A stretch of 64,000 nucleotides of DNA from Sphyrna mokarran (GCA_024679065.1 JAGIQG010000011.1:7378001-7442000), one strand, 5' to 3'; counted from the first letter of the stretch, positions 50,937 to 63,478 are shown. Notes: generated by a model from the sequence alone, not told the origin. Translations and numbers: made by a program.

Positions 50937-52043
50937 TGACTCTATCTGAACAAGTGTGTATAGACCATTCTGTCCCTCAAGCCTGTTCCAATATTCAATC
51001 TGAACACATAATTATCTCTGTTTTTTCTATGGTAAACCAGGTGTCTGCCAGATGCACTTTTCAGTGTGGGTGGAACAAATTTCATATTCAATGTGCCAGA
51101 TGCTAGTTGCACAGTCTCTCAGATGTAAAGGTTTGTAGATCTGACTGAGATAACTTGCAGTTTCAGTTACTGTGTTCTAATCCTACCCATGTTCCCTCCA
51201 TTCAGTTTGATTACAGCTGATCTGTATCTTAACTCCATCATTCAACCAGGGCTCCTTAACTCTTTAATCCCCACCCTTCACAAAAAGTTCATTTTCAAAT
51301 TTCAAACCACACCTTTAAGTAACTGAATTTTTCTGGCTTTTTACTTCTGAGTAAGGGATTAAAGCTTGAAGTGGAAATTTTGTGATGGGATATATTGTCA
51401 AATCAAGACCCCTCTCTGTAGTCTGCCCTTCCCCTCAATCTAAAACCTGAGGGGCCCAACAATTGGTTTGAATTCACTTGGACAGTAGTGGGCCAAGGTT
51501 ATCCAGGGTTCCTTATATCCGGTGGTTAACCAGCAATCTGGGAAGGAACTACTTCTTAGATTAATGGTTGACAGTGGCTGTTTATCGTCAGTGCATTCCA
51601 TGAACACACAGCCTGGCCATGGTGGACAGCTAAGCTGAGGTGGGGGCCCATGTGGGCAAGTCTCTGGAGGGCACAGCTGGCAGTGTGCTGCTGGCACCTT
51701 GAGAGAGCTGGTGCTGCCACTTGTCAGTGTTGAGCCACAGGAGTATTGAGGAACACCGCTCAAAGCAGCTGTAGTTCACCCCGGCTGCCTCTCCAACAAT
51801 GAAATCTCGCCTCCCAGCTGAAACAGGTATGGCACAAAGAGTGATTCCTCCCAGCGTGCCAGGCAGCTGGGATTACTTTAAGCCATTTTGTGAAGAATGG
51901 TTGGGTGTCAAGTCCCAGCAACACCAGCTCATTGTCCCCACCACTCCCCCTGTACCAAACTCTTCCTCTTCAGGGAATCTTGAACACAAGTCTAGGCTGA
52001 CTCTGCAAACGCAGTACTGAGGGCATGCTACACTCTCACATTT

Positions 52044-52349
52044 CGGCAGCACAGTGGTTAGCACTGCTGCCTCACAGCGCCAGGGATTAGGGTTCAATTC
52101 CGGCCTCGGGTCACTGTCTGTTCGAGTTTGCACGTTTCCCCGTGTCTGCGTGGGTTTCCTCTGGATCTTCTGGTTTCCTCCCACAGTCTAAAGATGTGTG
52201 GATTAGGTTGAGTGGCCATGTTAAATTGACCTAATGTCGGGGGATTAGCAGGGTAAATATGTAAGGTTATGGGAATAGAGCCTGGGATTATGGTCGGTAC
52301 AGACTCGATGGGCTGAATGGCCTCCTTCCGTACAGTAGGGATTCTGTGA
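52044..52349 (+). mobile_element. HE1/V-SINE-like SINE nested in an older Deu-type SINE remnant
   Basis: Consensus match. Flanks tctaggctgac...cagtactgagggc..gctacact and gattccacagcagcatttc belong to the older family, also seen at 54260-54620(-) and about 1740-1940. Confidence 0.75.
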
Positions 52350-52484
52350 CGCCAGTTATAACAGCGAATACCTTCCCAGCAGATGTAAAAGATTCCACAG
52401 CAGCATTTCAAGGACATTCCTGATGTCAGGGCCAATGTCACTGATACAGATTGTTCCATCATTTATTATACATGGGATTTTGTT

Positions 52485-53600
52485 ACCCTGGTAGATCTTT
52501 TCTGTACCATCTCCAAAGCCTCCAAATCCTTCCTATAGTGTAGCGACTAGTATTGAACACTATATTCCAGGTGCGGCCTAATGTTCTATAAAGCTGCAAC
52601 ATGATTTGCCAATTTTTTAACTCAATGCCCTGGCCAATGAAGGCAAGCATGCCATATGCCTTCTTGACCACCTTCTCCACCTGCGTTGCCACTTCCAGCG
52701 ACCTGTGTACCTGTACACCCAGATCCCTTTGCCTATCAGTACTCTTAAGGATTCTGCCATTTACTTCCAATCTATTTGTCCGGATTAAACTCCATCTGCC
52801 ATCTCTCTGCCCAACTCTCCAACTGATCTTTATCTTGCTGTATCCCCTGATGGTCCTCATCATTATCTACAAATCCACCTTTATGTCATCGGCAAACTTA
52901 CTAATCAAATTAATTAAACTATGCAGCAATGCTCAGAAACAGAGCAGATTATAAACCCACCAGGACTTTCTTGATTCAATGCTCAATACCATGGAGTTAT
53001 AGAATCATGGAAAATCTACAGCACAAACAGGCTCTTCGGCCCACAAGTTGTGCCGATCCTATCTCTACCCACTAGACTTACCTAAACCCTCAATCCTATT
53101 AAGTCCCACGTACGCATCCAGAAGTCTCTTAAAAGACCCTAACGAATTTGTCTCCACCACCGCCGCTGGTAGCCGATTCCACGCACCATCACCCTCTGCG
53201 TGAAAAGCTTACCCCTGAAATCTCCTCTGTACCTACCCCCCTAGCACCCTAAATCTGTATCAACTTGTGGCAGCCATTTCAGCCCTGGGAAAAAGTCTCT
53301 GAGAATCCACCCGATCAATACCTCTCAACATCTTATACACCTCTATCAGGTCACCTCTCATCCTTTGTCTCTCTCTAAGGAGAAAAGATCGATCTTGCTC
53401 AATCTATCCTCATAAGGCATGCCACCCAATCCAGGCAACATCCTTGTAAATCTCCCTTTCAATGGCTTCCATATCCCTCCTGTAATGAGGTGACAAGAAT
53501 TGAGCACGGTACTCCAAATGGGGTCTGACCAGGGTCTTATACAATTTATCTCCCGACTCCTAAACTCAATTCCTCGATTGACGAAGGCCGTTACAACATA
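52485..53600 (-). mobile_element. Two CR1 LINE 3' ORF2 fragments (52485-52910; 53000-53600)
   Basis: QRDLGVQVHRSLEVATQVEKVVKKAYGMLAFI; RFTRMLPGLGGMPYEDRLSKIDLFSLE. Confidence 0.85.
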
Positions 53601-53927
53601 CATATGGTGCAGTGGGTATCATCCCTGCCTCTGAGGAGAATGTTTTGGGTTCGAGTTCAACCCCAGAACCTGATGATGAGGGAAGGTGCATTCTGAACAA
53701 GTTGAGGACCAATCTGCAAGTCCTTGCAATAATGACAGGCTGCGAGAGCAGGAGAGATCTCTGCTCAGCCAAGTGACGGCAAGAAAGTTGAAGCCTTTAC
53801 CAAAATAGTGTGTAGTTCCAGGCTACAACACGCCTGTAAATGTGCATGCTGCTTCAAGCACCCCAACTCCCGGAGGGAACCCTAACATTCCATCATTACC
53901 ACCACAGGGTGGCATACTGGCACAATT

Positions 53928-54224
53928 TGGGTGGCATGGTGGCACAGTGATTAACGCTGTTGCCTCACACTGCCAGAGACTTGTGTTCGATTTCCAGCTT
54001 GGGTCATTGAGTTTGTACATCCTCCCTGTGTCTGCGTGGGTTTCCTCCGGGTGCTCCAGTTTCTTCCCACAGTCTGAAAGATGGGCTGATTAGTATGCAT
54101 TGGCCATGCTAAATTCTCCCTCGGTGTACCCGCATGGGCGTTGGAGTGTGGCAACTTGGGGATTTTCACAGTAACTTCATTGCACTGTTAATGTAAGCCT
54201 ATTTGTGACACTAATAAATAAACT
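53928..54224 (+). mobile_element. V-SINE-like SINE (alternative tail type)
   Basis: Consensus head; tail cagtaacttcattgcactgttaatgtaagcctatttgtgacactaataaataaac. Confidence 0.8.
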
Positions 54225-54865
54225 TTTAACACGTGGATTCCATTTTTTCAACCAGATGAAATAAGAAAGATTTCCATTGATTTAGCAATTTTTATGATCT
54301 CAGCAATATTCCAGAGTGCTTTACATCTAATTATGCAGTATTGAAGTGTTGCCCCGGCAAATCACAAACATTATTTGTGGCAACCATTTTGTACACAGCA
54401 AGATCCCACAAATGGAGGTGTGATAATGATGCAATAATCTGCACATGGTATTTGGTTGAAGGAGACCAGGGAAAATCCTACTTCAAAGCAGTGGTAGGAA
54501 TTGCTTACCTGCTAGGGCAGTTCAACACTACATCTGACAGACGATGTGGCAGTCCCTCAGTGCTGCACTTTCGGGGTGTCTGCCTGGATGGAGGGCTGAA
54601 TTCCCTGCAGTGGGACTGAACTACACAGCTTGCAGACTATCGCAGAGCTGGCGCTGAGACGGAAATCAGTCAGTACAGACATGAGACTGAGCCTGGGGAT
54701 TCCCAGATTGGTGCAGATTGACTCTGTCCACCAGCAAACCAGGCCCTTCCGAGGGGCTCTGTGGGACGTTACACAAACCAGTACAGGAGCCACTGCCCTT
54801 TACGGCACGGAAGCCTGAGCTTTGTAAAGTAACAAGACGCAGGCAGAAGGAACCGGAATAATTAC

Positions 54866-54929
54866 CTGGCAGATTGAAGACCTCCAAAAGGCAGATGATG
54901 AAGGCGGTAAGCTCAGTCAGATGCTTCAT
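54866..54929 (-). CDS. CD28: CD28/CTLA-4-family co-receptor, exon 1 (signal peptide)
   Basis: ATG with A at -3. Encodes the hydrophobic leader MKHLTELTAFIICLLEVFNLP and ends CCAG|gtaatt. The phase-1 donor matches the IgV exon acceptor. Orthology (CD28 vs CTLA4 vs a lineage-specific paralogue) is not settled. Confidence 0.8.
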
Positions 54930-54969
54930 GATGATCCTAGTTCATTGTTCTCTGGGGGAGCTGGCACAA

Positions 54970-55210
54970 TGAGTATTATAGTCACAGTGAAATGGACCAG
55001 CTGACAGGATGTGGTTAATTCCACCAGCAACCATGGCCCAGATAACAGACTATGTGGGAGGCTGACAAAGGAAATTTTCAATGTAACTTCATAAAACAAT
55101 CTTGCAGCATTTCCCATTTCATGTCTTTCAAAATGTTCAACGTTGCACTAAGCAGCTGACACAGCTGCCCTGGGGTTACACTGCCTGGTTTTCAGGACTT
55201 TATCAATTGG
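54970..55210 (-). promoter_or_regulatory. Putative proximal promoter of the CD28-family gene
   Basis: Unique sequence just upstream of the ATG. TATAAT-like 54975-54980 (minus), E-box CAGCTG 54998-55003, ETS:RUNX composite ACAGGATGTGGT 55004-55015, AGATAA 55040-55045, GGAAATTTTC at 55070, two more CAGCTG at 55153 and 55162. Confidence 0.65.
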
Positions 55211-55384
55211 TTGGTTTTTTTTTTAAATCCCAGTTTGGGCTTTGTGAATATTTTGCTCTTCAAGATGACGTTCTATTTCAGAAACCTTAATAAACCATTC
55301 AGACCAGGTACAACGTGGCTTAGTTAGTGTGATTTTCCCCTCCACACTATCCCATTAAACATTCCTAAAGAAGATATTTTAATT

Positions 55385-55970
55385 TTTATGGGATGTGGAC
55401 GTCGCTGGCTAGGCTGGGTGTTTATTGCCCATCACCTAGTTGCCTTTGAGAAGAAGGTGGTGGCGAGCTGGCTTCTTGAAGCTCACCATCCATGTGGTGT
55501 AGGTACACCCACAGTGCTGTTAGAGAGCGAGATCCAAGATTTTGACCCTGTGATAGTGAAAGAACTGCGATCCATTTCCATGTCAGGATGGAGGGAAAGC
55601 TCCGTTTGGTGGTGTTCCTACGTATCTGTTGCCCATGTCCCTGTAGATGGTAGCACTTGAGGGTTTGGAAGGTGCTGCATAAGAAGATTTGTTGAATTTC
55701 TGCAGTGTGCCTTGTAGATGGTACATACAGCTGCGTTGTTGGTGGAGGGAGGGAATATTTGTGGAAGGGATAGCAATCAAATGGGCTACTTTGTCCTGGA
55801 TGGTGTCAAGCCTCTTGAATGTTGTTGGAGCTGCAGCCATCCAGGTGGATATTCCATCACACTCCTGACTTTGTAGATATGGACAGACTTTGGGAGTCAA
55901 AAGGTAAGTTACTCACTCAAGATTCCCAACCTCTGACCTGCTCTTATATCCGCAGTATTTATATGGCTGG
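55385..55970 (-). mobile_element. CR1/L2-group LINE 3' fragment
   Basis: TWMAAAPTTFKRLDTIQDKVAHLI; ends gggcaataaa on the minus strand. Confidence 0.7.
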
Positions 55971-56391
55971 AGTTATGCCCATAGCAGATCTTAATTACCA
56001 AGCAAACCAAATCCTACAGGGAAACTTGGCTTATGAGTCTTCACTCTTTTTTTGCATTCAGAATACACTTTGGGGATTTCAAAAGTAAAATTTAAAAAAT
56101 TTATCAACTAGAAAAAAATAAAACTTAAACACATGTGATTGCAGTAACTCAGTTAAAATTAGGCTTAAAATTTCTCCTGAAAGACTCCTACTTGGTCAGG
56201 TCCACAATCAAACAACTTCTAGTCAAAAATCCCTTATGGGCATTTAACTGTAAAAATCCAATAATATTCCTCAAATCAAAACAGTTGTTGCTTTAATTAG
56301 ATAAAGCACATGATCTCACTTCCACTCTGCTGTAGAAATTCAATTTTTCAGAAACAGGATGACTTTTTACGGCTCAAGAGTTTGCAGCGGC

Positions 56392-56700
56392 ATGGGAGCA
56401 TAGTGGTTAGCACTGCTGCCTAACTGTGAAGGGCCCAGGTTCAATTCCCGGCCTGGGTCACTGTCAGTGTGGAGTTTGCATGTTCTCCCCATGTCTGCAT
56501 GGGTTTTCTCCGGGTGCTTCGGCTTTTTCCTACCGTCCAAAGATGTGCAGATTAGGTGGATTGGCCATGCTAAATTGCCCTTGATTAATAAGGGCCACAG
56601 GTAGTGTAAATGCATGGGGTTATGCCAACAGGTCCTGGGTGGTATTGTGGTCGGTGCAGACTTGATAGACAGAATGGTCTACTTCCGCACTGTAGATTCT
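56392..56700 (+). mobile_element. HE1/V-SINE-like SINE
   Basis: Consensus match. Confidence 0.8.
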
Positions 56701-57274
56701 GACTTGACTGGATGGTGAATTCCAATCACATCTTGTCCCAATCCAAAGCTGAATCACAGAATCCTAGAATGCAGAAGGAGGTCATTTGGCCCATCAAATT
56801 TCCTGGAGCTCTTCCTCACGTGGCAGCAGCAAATCTGCTTAAATGTCTTTGTTAAATACCCCACTCCCTTTTCATTGTCTATTCCATTGCTTTCAACATC
56901 TCTTTGAACTTAACTTTTCCAAAACATAAAAATCTTTCACAGCTTCCCTATTGTCCCCGCTTTTTGGGATCAATTAAAATTGAATAAACTTTCTTTGTTT
57001 TCTTACAAAACTTTTGCAATCTGCAAAAGTCTTTTACTTCCCTCAGAAATTTAACTGCTAAAAAAGCAGGTCCCCAATGCAAATTGCTGACCTTTACTTA
57101 TTTAATTACAAAACTGCTTTACCGCTATCTCATCACGCCTCAACTCCTTTTCATCTCACAATTTGACTTCATTAACCTTTCCCTAATTTATTTAAATTAT
57201 TCACTCACGCAGATCTCTTTTCAGAATAATACAAAGTTTCCCCAAAGTATTGTTTAAAAAATAATCCGTTCTCT

Positions 57275-58800
57275 TGGATTGTGTCAAGTTTCTTGAGTGA
57301 TGTTAGGTCTGTACTCATCCAGGCAAATGGAGAGTATTCCACGCAGGTCTTGTACCTTGTAGATGTTGGACAGGCTTTGGGGAGTCTGGAGGAGAGTTAC
57401 TCCCAGTCGGATTCCTAGCCTTTAACTTCTTCTTGTAGCCACAGTATTTACACGGTTAATCCAGATCAGTTTTTATTCAATGGTAATCCCCACAGCGGAT
57501 TCAGTGATGGCAATGCCATTGAATGTCAAAGGGAAGTGGATGTATTCAGTCTTGTTAGAGATGGTCATTGCTTGGCACTCGTATGTGGAGCGAATGTTAC
57601 TTACCACTTGCCAGCCTCTGCCTGGATATTGTCCAGGTCTTCCTACATTTGGACATGGACTGTTTCAGTATATGAGGAGTTGTGAATGGTGGTGAGTATT
57701 GTGCAGTCATCAGTGAACATTCCCACTCCTAACACGATGGAAGGAAGATCATTGATAAAGCAGCTGAAGATGGTTTGGCCTAGGATGTAGGTAAAACATA
57801 GAAAGAACAATTCTTTAAAGAGCATTCATTCTGGGGCTGCAAGCAACACCTGCAAGGAGGACAGTTGAAGAAACCTTGAGCAGAGTTTGTTCCGTACCCT
57901 ATAGATGGAGCACATCTGACTTGACAGGCAATGCTGTGCCTGCACCTCTGTACAGGCCTGGAGGAGACACCCACGATCACGTGTGGCACCACAAGCACTC
58001 TGAATAGGTTAGATTCAGGAGAGATCAGCAGCCCAAAACTGGCCATCAGGAGGCACTATGGGTCACCAGCAGTTGCGGGAAAGTCATCCACCTCGATGTG
58101 TAAGCTCATGGCCCAGCACTTCAGCAAAGGGACACTGGTGTTATTCAATCAGTGGAAGAAAGAGGTCACACTTTCTGGGAAAAGATCACACAACAAACTT
58201 GTCAGGTCAAACCAGAAATTGTTGAAATATTCCTGTCCTTGGTGACGGGGCAGTCCTGCATATCGGAGCTAAAGGTGAGACTGAAGTATTCACAATCATC
58301 TTCAGTCAGGAGTGCCAGGCTGATGATCCACATTAACCTCTCCTGAGATCACCTTCTTCGTCAATGCCCGTTTTCAGCCAATTCAATTCACGCCATGTCA
58401 CACCAAGAAATGGCTAAAAGCACGAAATACCACAAAGGATTTGGGCCCTGAAAGCACTCCTGTCACATTGCTAAAGACTTGTGCTCCAGAAGTAATACTA
58501 CCCCTCGCCAAGCTCTCTCAGTTCAGCTACAACACCCATATCTACCCAACAAGGTGGAAAATTACCGAGATTGGTTTTTTTATCCACAAAAGGCAGGACA
58601 AATCCAACTTCACTGTTATTGCGCCATCAGGGTATTCTCGGTCAAAAACAAAGTGATGGAACTGGGTCATCGACACTGCTATTGAGGAGAATTTACTCAG
58701 AAATAATTTACTCAGAAACCTCAGTCTGATTCCTGGCCAATCTACTCTCTTCAGAACTTTTTACAATCTTGGTCTCAAACAAACAAGGGCAAAGTGAATT
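57275..58800. mobile_element. CR1/L2-group LINE RT fragments in opposite orientations (57275-57785 -, 58250-58800 +)
   Basis: LGQTIFSCFINDLPSIV..VGMFTDDCT (minus); GPESTPVTLLKTCAPE..PLAKL.Q.SYNT.IYPTRWK (plus). Confidence 0.7.
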
Positions 58801-59051
58801 CCAGATGTGCAGTTTGAGTGAGTACGTTTCACATCTGGGCTGTGCTCTTCCATGTCCCCCAGCAGGTTGTAGGAATCAGCATAACAAAGGCACAGAATGT
58901 AGTCATTTCCATCACCGAGATTAGTTTGTTAGCACCGTGGCTGACTGTAACGTGACAACAAAGAGCTCGAATAAAATTAAAGCCAACACGAATAATCATT
59001 GTCACTGGATAACTAAGACCAGAATGCCTGGCTCTGGATATTCTAGTTTTG

Positions 59052-59324
59052 ATTATTAGTGTCACAAGTAGGCTTACATTAACACTTCAACGAAGTTACT
59101 GTGAAAATCCCCTAGTCCTATGCCTGTTTGGGTACACTGAGGGAGAATTTAGCATGGCCAATGCATCTAGCCAGCATGTCTTTCAGACTATGAGAAGTAC
59201 CTGGAGAAATCCCACGCAGACGTGGTGCGAATGTGTAGACTCCTCACCGACAGTGATCCAAGCCAGGAATCGAACCCCAGACCCTGGAGCTGTGAGGCAA
59301 CAGTGCTAACCACTGTGCCACCGG
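59052..59324 (-). mobile_element. V-SINE-like SINE (alternative tail type)
   Basis: Consensus match on the minus strand. Confidence 0.8.
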
Positions 59325-59783
59325 GCTGTCTAATGGTTATTGGACTGAGATGGATGATGCTACTGAACCACAACTAAATTTTGTTTTGATTAATTATTGC
59401 CACATGTGTACGGTGTATACAGTGAAAAATATTGTTCCTTCTGCACTATCCAGACAAAGCATACCATTCATGGAGTACACAAGAGAGAAGGAAAGGAGAG
59501 GGTACAGAATATAGAAAATTTAATGGAATTAGAGTTAAGTTTTAAGAGCAAAGAATGAATGCGAGGCAGCAGTACTAACCACTGTGCTGCCATTCATTGT
59601 ACGGGAGTGGCTTAAGTTGTAATTAGGGGAGTCAGTGTCCATCTCTCTGAGTTCACAGAGCTGATCCTGTTGGAGAAAGAGCAGCTCGTTTCAAACCAAA
59701 CCACATCTGGGTGATTGATCAGAGTGTTAAACATTTCCACAGACATCTGCCACAGTTATACAAGACATTGTTATCTCTTGTGA

Positions 59784-60141
59784 TTCCCAGAAACCTGGAG
59801 TAATCTCACTCTCAGACACAGATATTGGAGCTGACATCAAATCTGTTTCCCAGATCCCACTGCAATGCTGCAGACTGGTATACTGATATACAGACTGTGT
59901 GCAGTGCTCTGATACTCTGAATACACAAATGTACATGTATGCATAACAAAATAGTTCCAAACTTTTTGCTGTGACAATAATAACAAAGATAATTATACAA
60001 AACATTGCCGCAGAATATTCTGGGAAGGATGAACAGCCAGATATCACGATCCACCCTGAAAGAGATGTGATGGTACAGTGCTGTTTTCGCTAGAATAGTA
60101 ATCCAGATTCCCAGAATAATTTTCTGGGAATCTGGATTACT
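59784..60141. promoter_or_regulatory. Putative STAT (GAS) site cluster / upstream enhancer
   Basis: TTCCCAGAA at 59784 and 60108; TTCTGGGAA at 60018 and 60122. The 60108 and 60122 sites lie within a perfect 20-bp inverted repeat. Confidence 0.45.
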
Positions 60142-62371
60142 CAAAGGGTGTACTATAGACAGCCAAACAGTCCGAAGAAGATTGAAAAGCAAATCTGTAG
60201 ATTCTTATAGGTTGCGTCCTCTTTCTTAGCAATTTATCTCCTTTTTTTGGATAATGTGTGTCCTTTGCAAGGAAATATCCACTCCAATCATTCCTGGAGT
60301 GGAGAATAGCATCACCCATAGTATGATGCATAGAGTCACATGGTAAAAAACTCAAAGGAACTCTCTGAAAACAGCCTGCATGGGAGAAACTGCAGCATGT
60401 GTGACAATATCTGGTATCTGTAAATAGTTAAAGATGAAGAATAGAACGGTTCAATTTTATACAGACACATCCCAAGAGTTCTTATCACACTACGCCTGTC
60501 TACACCATCAAACCGTGGTGTGCGGTTTGATTCTCCCAGCCGCTGTGCTGCTCGTGTAGTGCAGCAGGCCTGGGAGGCATCAGTGACTTCTGTTTCCCGG
60601 GATTCCCACTGGGGATCACAGCCTTCACATATTTCCCAGCGTAAATTATTCAGCACTGACCGATTCACGCTGAAAATCAATGTGACGGTGATTTACACAC
60701 ATTACCATAGCGTTAATGAGTCCGCCATTGAAATCTCTCCCCCGCTAGCATCTCCCCTTTGCAGCATGATGTCACGCTGGCGGGGTGCTCTATAACAGTC
60801 AGGAGATGCCCTGGCAATACTGGACAGGAGTGAGGAGGAACTGCAGCCCCTGGAGTGTTGGAGGCAGGGACTGGAAACTTTCTGGGTGGGATGGGGGGGA
60901 TGTTCCTGAAGGGCTGGAAGTGCTGTCCCCAGGCCCAGGGATATTCCATGTAGTCTCTGTGGCATGGGGTATTTTCCTTTACTGGGCACTGATCAGTAAG
61001 TACTGAGCAGTTCCATTGGTGTGGAGTAATTTACTGAGTACTGGTCAGATTGCTGTTTGCAGCCACTGCACTGTTACATTTGTTCTGGGGTGTGGTGAGG
61101 GACTGAACTGAGTGCTGAGGTTTTACAGGGTGTAGGGTGGGGAGGAAGTGCATCATGTACTGCTTGAGACCCATCAGTTCAGGTAGCTGTGCTCCGAGCA
61201 GGGGTGCTCAGGTTAATACAATCACTCATACGCAAGTAGCTTCAAGTTTTTATACTTAAAAAAAATGTTTTTATTTATTAATCACAAGTAAACCACAAGT
61301 AAACACTAACACCATCTTGTGATAAAAAGTAGTCTGTCCCTGCCTCGCGTTCCTGACTTGCAAACATGCCTGGAAGGGAATGCTGTAATTGCCCTCATGG
61401 CAATGGATTATGTGGGCACAGTGGGCTATGCCCACACACCAACCCTGTATGCTCTTCCTGCCTGCTGTGTTCATGATGCCAATTGCAGGCAACCTGATCA
61501 GCTAACACACGGCACCACAGATTGTGTTGTGCTGCCAGCATCCACAAATGAGGGGGGACTGGTCCCAGGGTGTTCTGGGGGGTGGGAGAGGTGGGGTTGG
61601 CAGGGGGGGTGGAATTGCGGGTGTAGTTAAAAACAATGACATTATCTGTCAACCTCTTTCTCTGACCCCCAGCGGCGATGGGTTTTTGGATGTATTAGTC
61701 TGGAGGTTGCCAACATGGTGGCGGCTGAGGGGAGGAAGTGCCTCAGTTTCCAGGGAATGGAGAGGTCACCAGTGTTCCTGTGGGGTTGGGAACAGGGCTG
61801 GAAGGCTGGTGATGGGTCCAGTGATGTCCGTGGGGAATTGAGAGGCCAGTGATTTCACTGCTGGGAGGATTTGTTTATCGCTTTCCCACAGATTGCTGCA
61901 TGCACAGTGTCCCACTCAGTGCTAAACTGCTGGTCTCTCTGGTGGGAATAGGCCCTGACATGGATTTTCAGCATGATTCTCACCAGGGCCCTCTCTGATG
62001 CACAGAGTCTGGGAGATTCATTTTGAAACTTGCGTTGTTTTTCAGTAGCAGTTTTACAATGGATCTCCCAGTGAAGAAATCAACAAAATTTACTCCAGTT
62101 TTTACACAAATTTGATACTTAGGATTTTTTTGGGTAGAATCCTGACCAAAAAAACATTTTTTTGGAGTTTTGAACTCACTTCTGGAAAAAGTGGTGGAGG
62201 AAAAGGAGGTGAGCACGTTGAAAAAACATTTAGATTTCCACACTGAACACCCAGGGCTCTGAAGCCAGTGCAGGAAGAAACAATTAGATTGCACTGACTG
62301 GAATCAACAGGTCTGATAGTGTTCTGTGATTTCTGCCTTCAGTCACTGCATTCCCTGCAAACTAACAGACT

Positions 62372-63478
62372 GTAAGAAGTCTGACAAAACCAGATTAAAG
62401 TCAACAGGTTTATTTGGTAGCACAAACCACTATCTTTCAGAGCATTGCCCCTTCATCAGGTGAGTGAGGAATTCTGTTCCAAACAAGATGTATAAAGACA
62501 CAAACTCAATTTACAAAATAATGGTTGGATTGCGAGTCTTTACAGGTAATCAAGTCTTAAAGGTACAGACAATGTGAGTGGAGAAAGGTTAAGCATGTGT
62601 TAAATAGTCAAGAGAATTAGTGAGATTTTGCAAGCCCAAACAAGTCATGAGGGTTACAGATAGTGCAACATGAACCCAAGATGCCGGTTGAGGCCGTCCT
62701 CGTGTACGTGGGACTTGGCTATCAATTTCTGCTCAGCGACTCTGTGTTGTTATCTGCCACCTTGGAGGACATTTACCTGAAGATCAGAGGCTGAGTGCCG
62801 GTGACCACTGAAGTGTTCCCCAACTGGAAGAGAACACTCCTGCCTGGTGATTGTCGAGTAGTGTTCATTCATTCGTTGTCGTAGCATCTGCATGGTCTCC
62901 CCATCCTTTCCTGCAGTGTATCAGGTAGACAACATTGGCTGAGTTGCAAGAGAATGTACCGTGTACCTGGTGGATGGTGTTCTTATGTGAGATGATGGCA
63001 TCTATGTCAATGATCCGGCATGTCTTGCAGAGGTTGCTGTGGCAGGGTTGTGTGGTGTCATGGTCACTGTTCCGTGAAGGCTGGGCAGTTTGCTGTTCGA
63101 GGTTGTGCCGTTGTTTGAAGGCAAGTAGGGGTGTGGGGATGACTTTGGAGAAATGTTTGTCTTCATCGATGACATGTTGAAGGCTCTGGAGAAGATGTCG
63201 TAGCTTCTCTGGTCCAGGGAAGTACTGGATAACGAAGGGTACTCTATCCAATGTGTCCCGTGTTTGTCTTCTGAGGAGGTCGGTGCGGTGTTTCACTGTG
63301 ATGTGTTGGAACTGTCGATCGATGAGTTGAGCAGCATATCCTGAGGGTGTTTTCCAGCATCTGTAAGTGTCTGTTGTGATCTTCCTCATCTGAGCAGGTC
63401 CTGAGTATACGGAAGGCTTGTCCGTAGGGGATGTGTTTAGGATGGAAGCTGGAGAAGCGGAGCATCATAAGGTTATCC
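62372..63478 (-). mobile_element. Penelope-like retroelement (RT C-terminus, GIY-YIG, terminal repeat with hammerhead-like motif)
   Basis: DNLMMLRFSSFHPKH, RVPFVIQYFPG, CKTCRII...FSCNSANVVYLIHCRKG; terminal repeat 62372-62600. Confidence 0.9.

Noticed and set aside
60137-60420. Strong minus-strand acceptor (ttaactatttacag) as a terminal exon of an upstream gene
   Set aside because: None of the three frames gives a recognisable protein or tyrosine motif; unsupported without RNA data.
60500-61960. Possible decayed Harbinger transposase/MITE block (also about 29620-30300 and 31140-31860)
   Set aside because: GC-rich and repeat-like, but no convincing DDE motifs or defined ends by eye.
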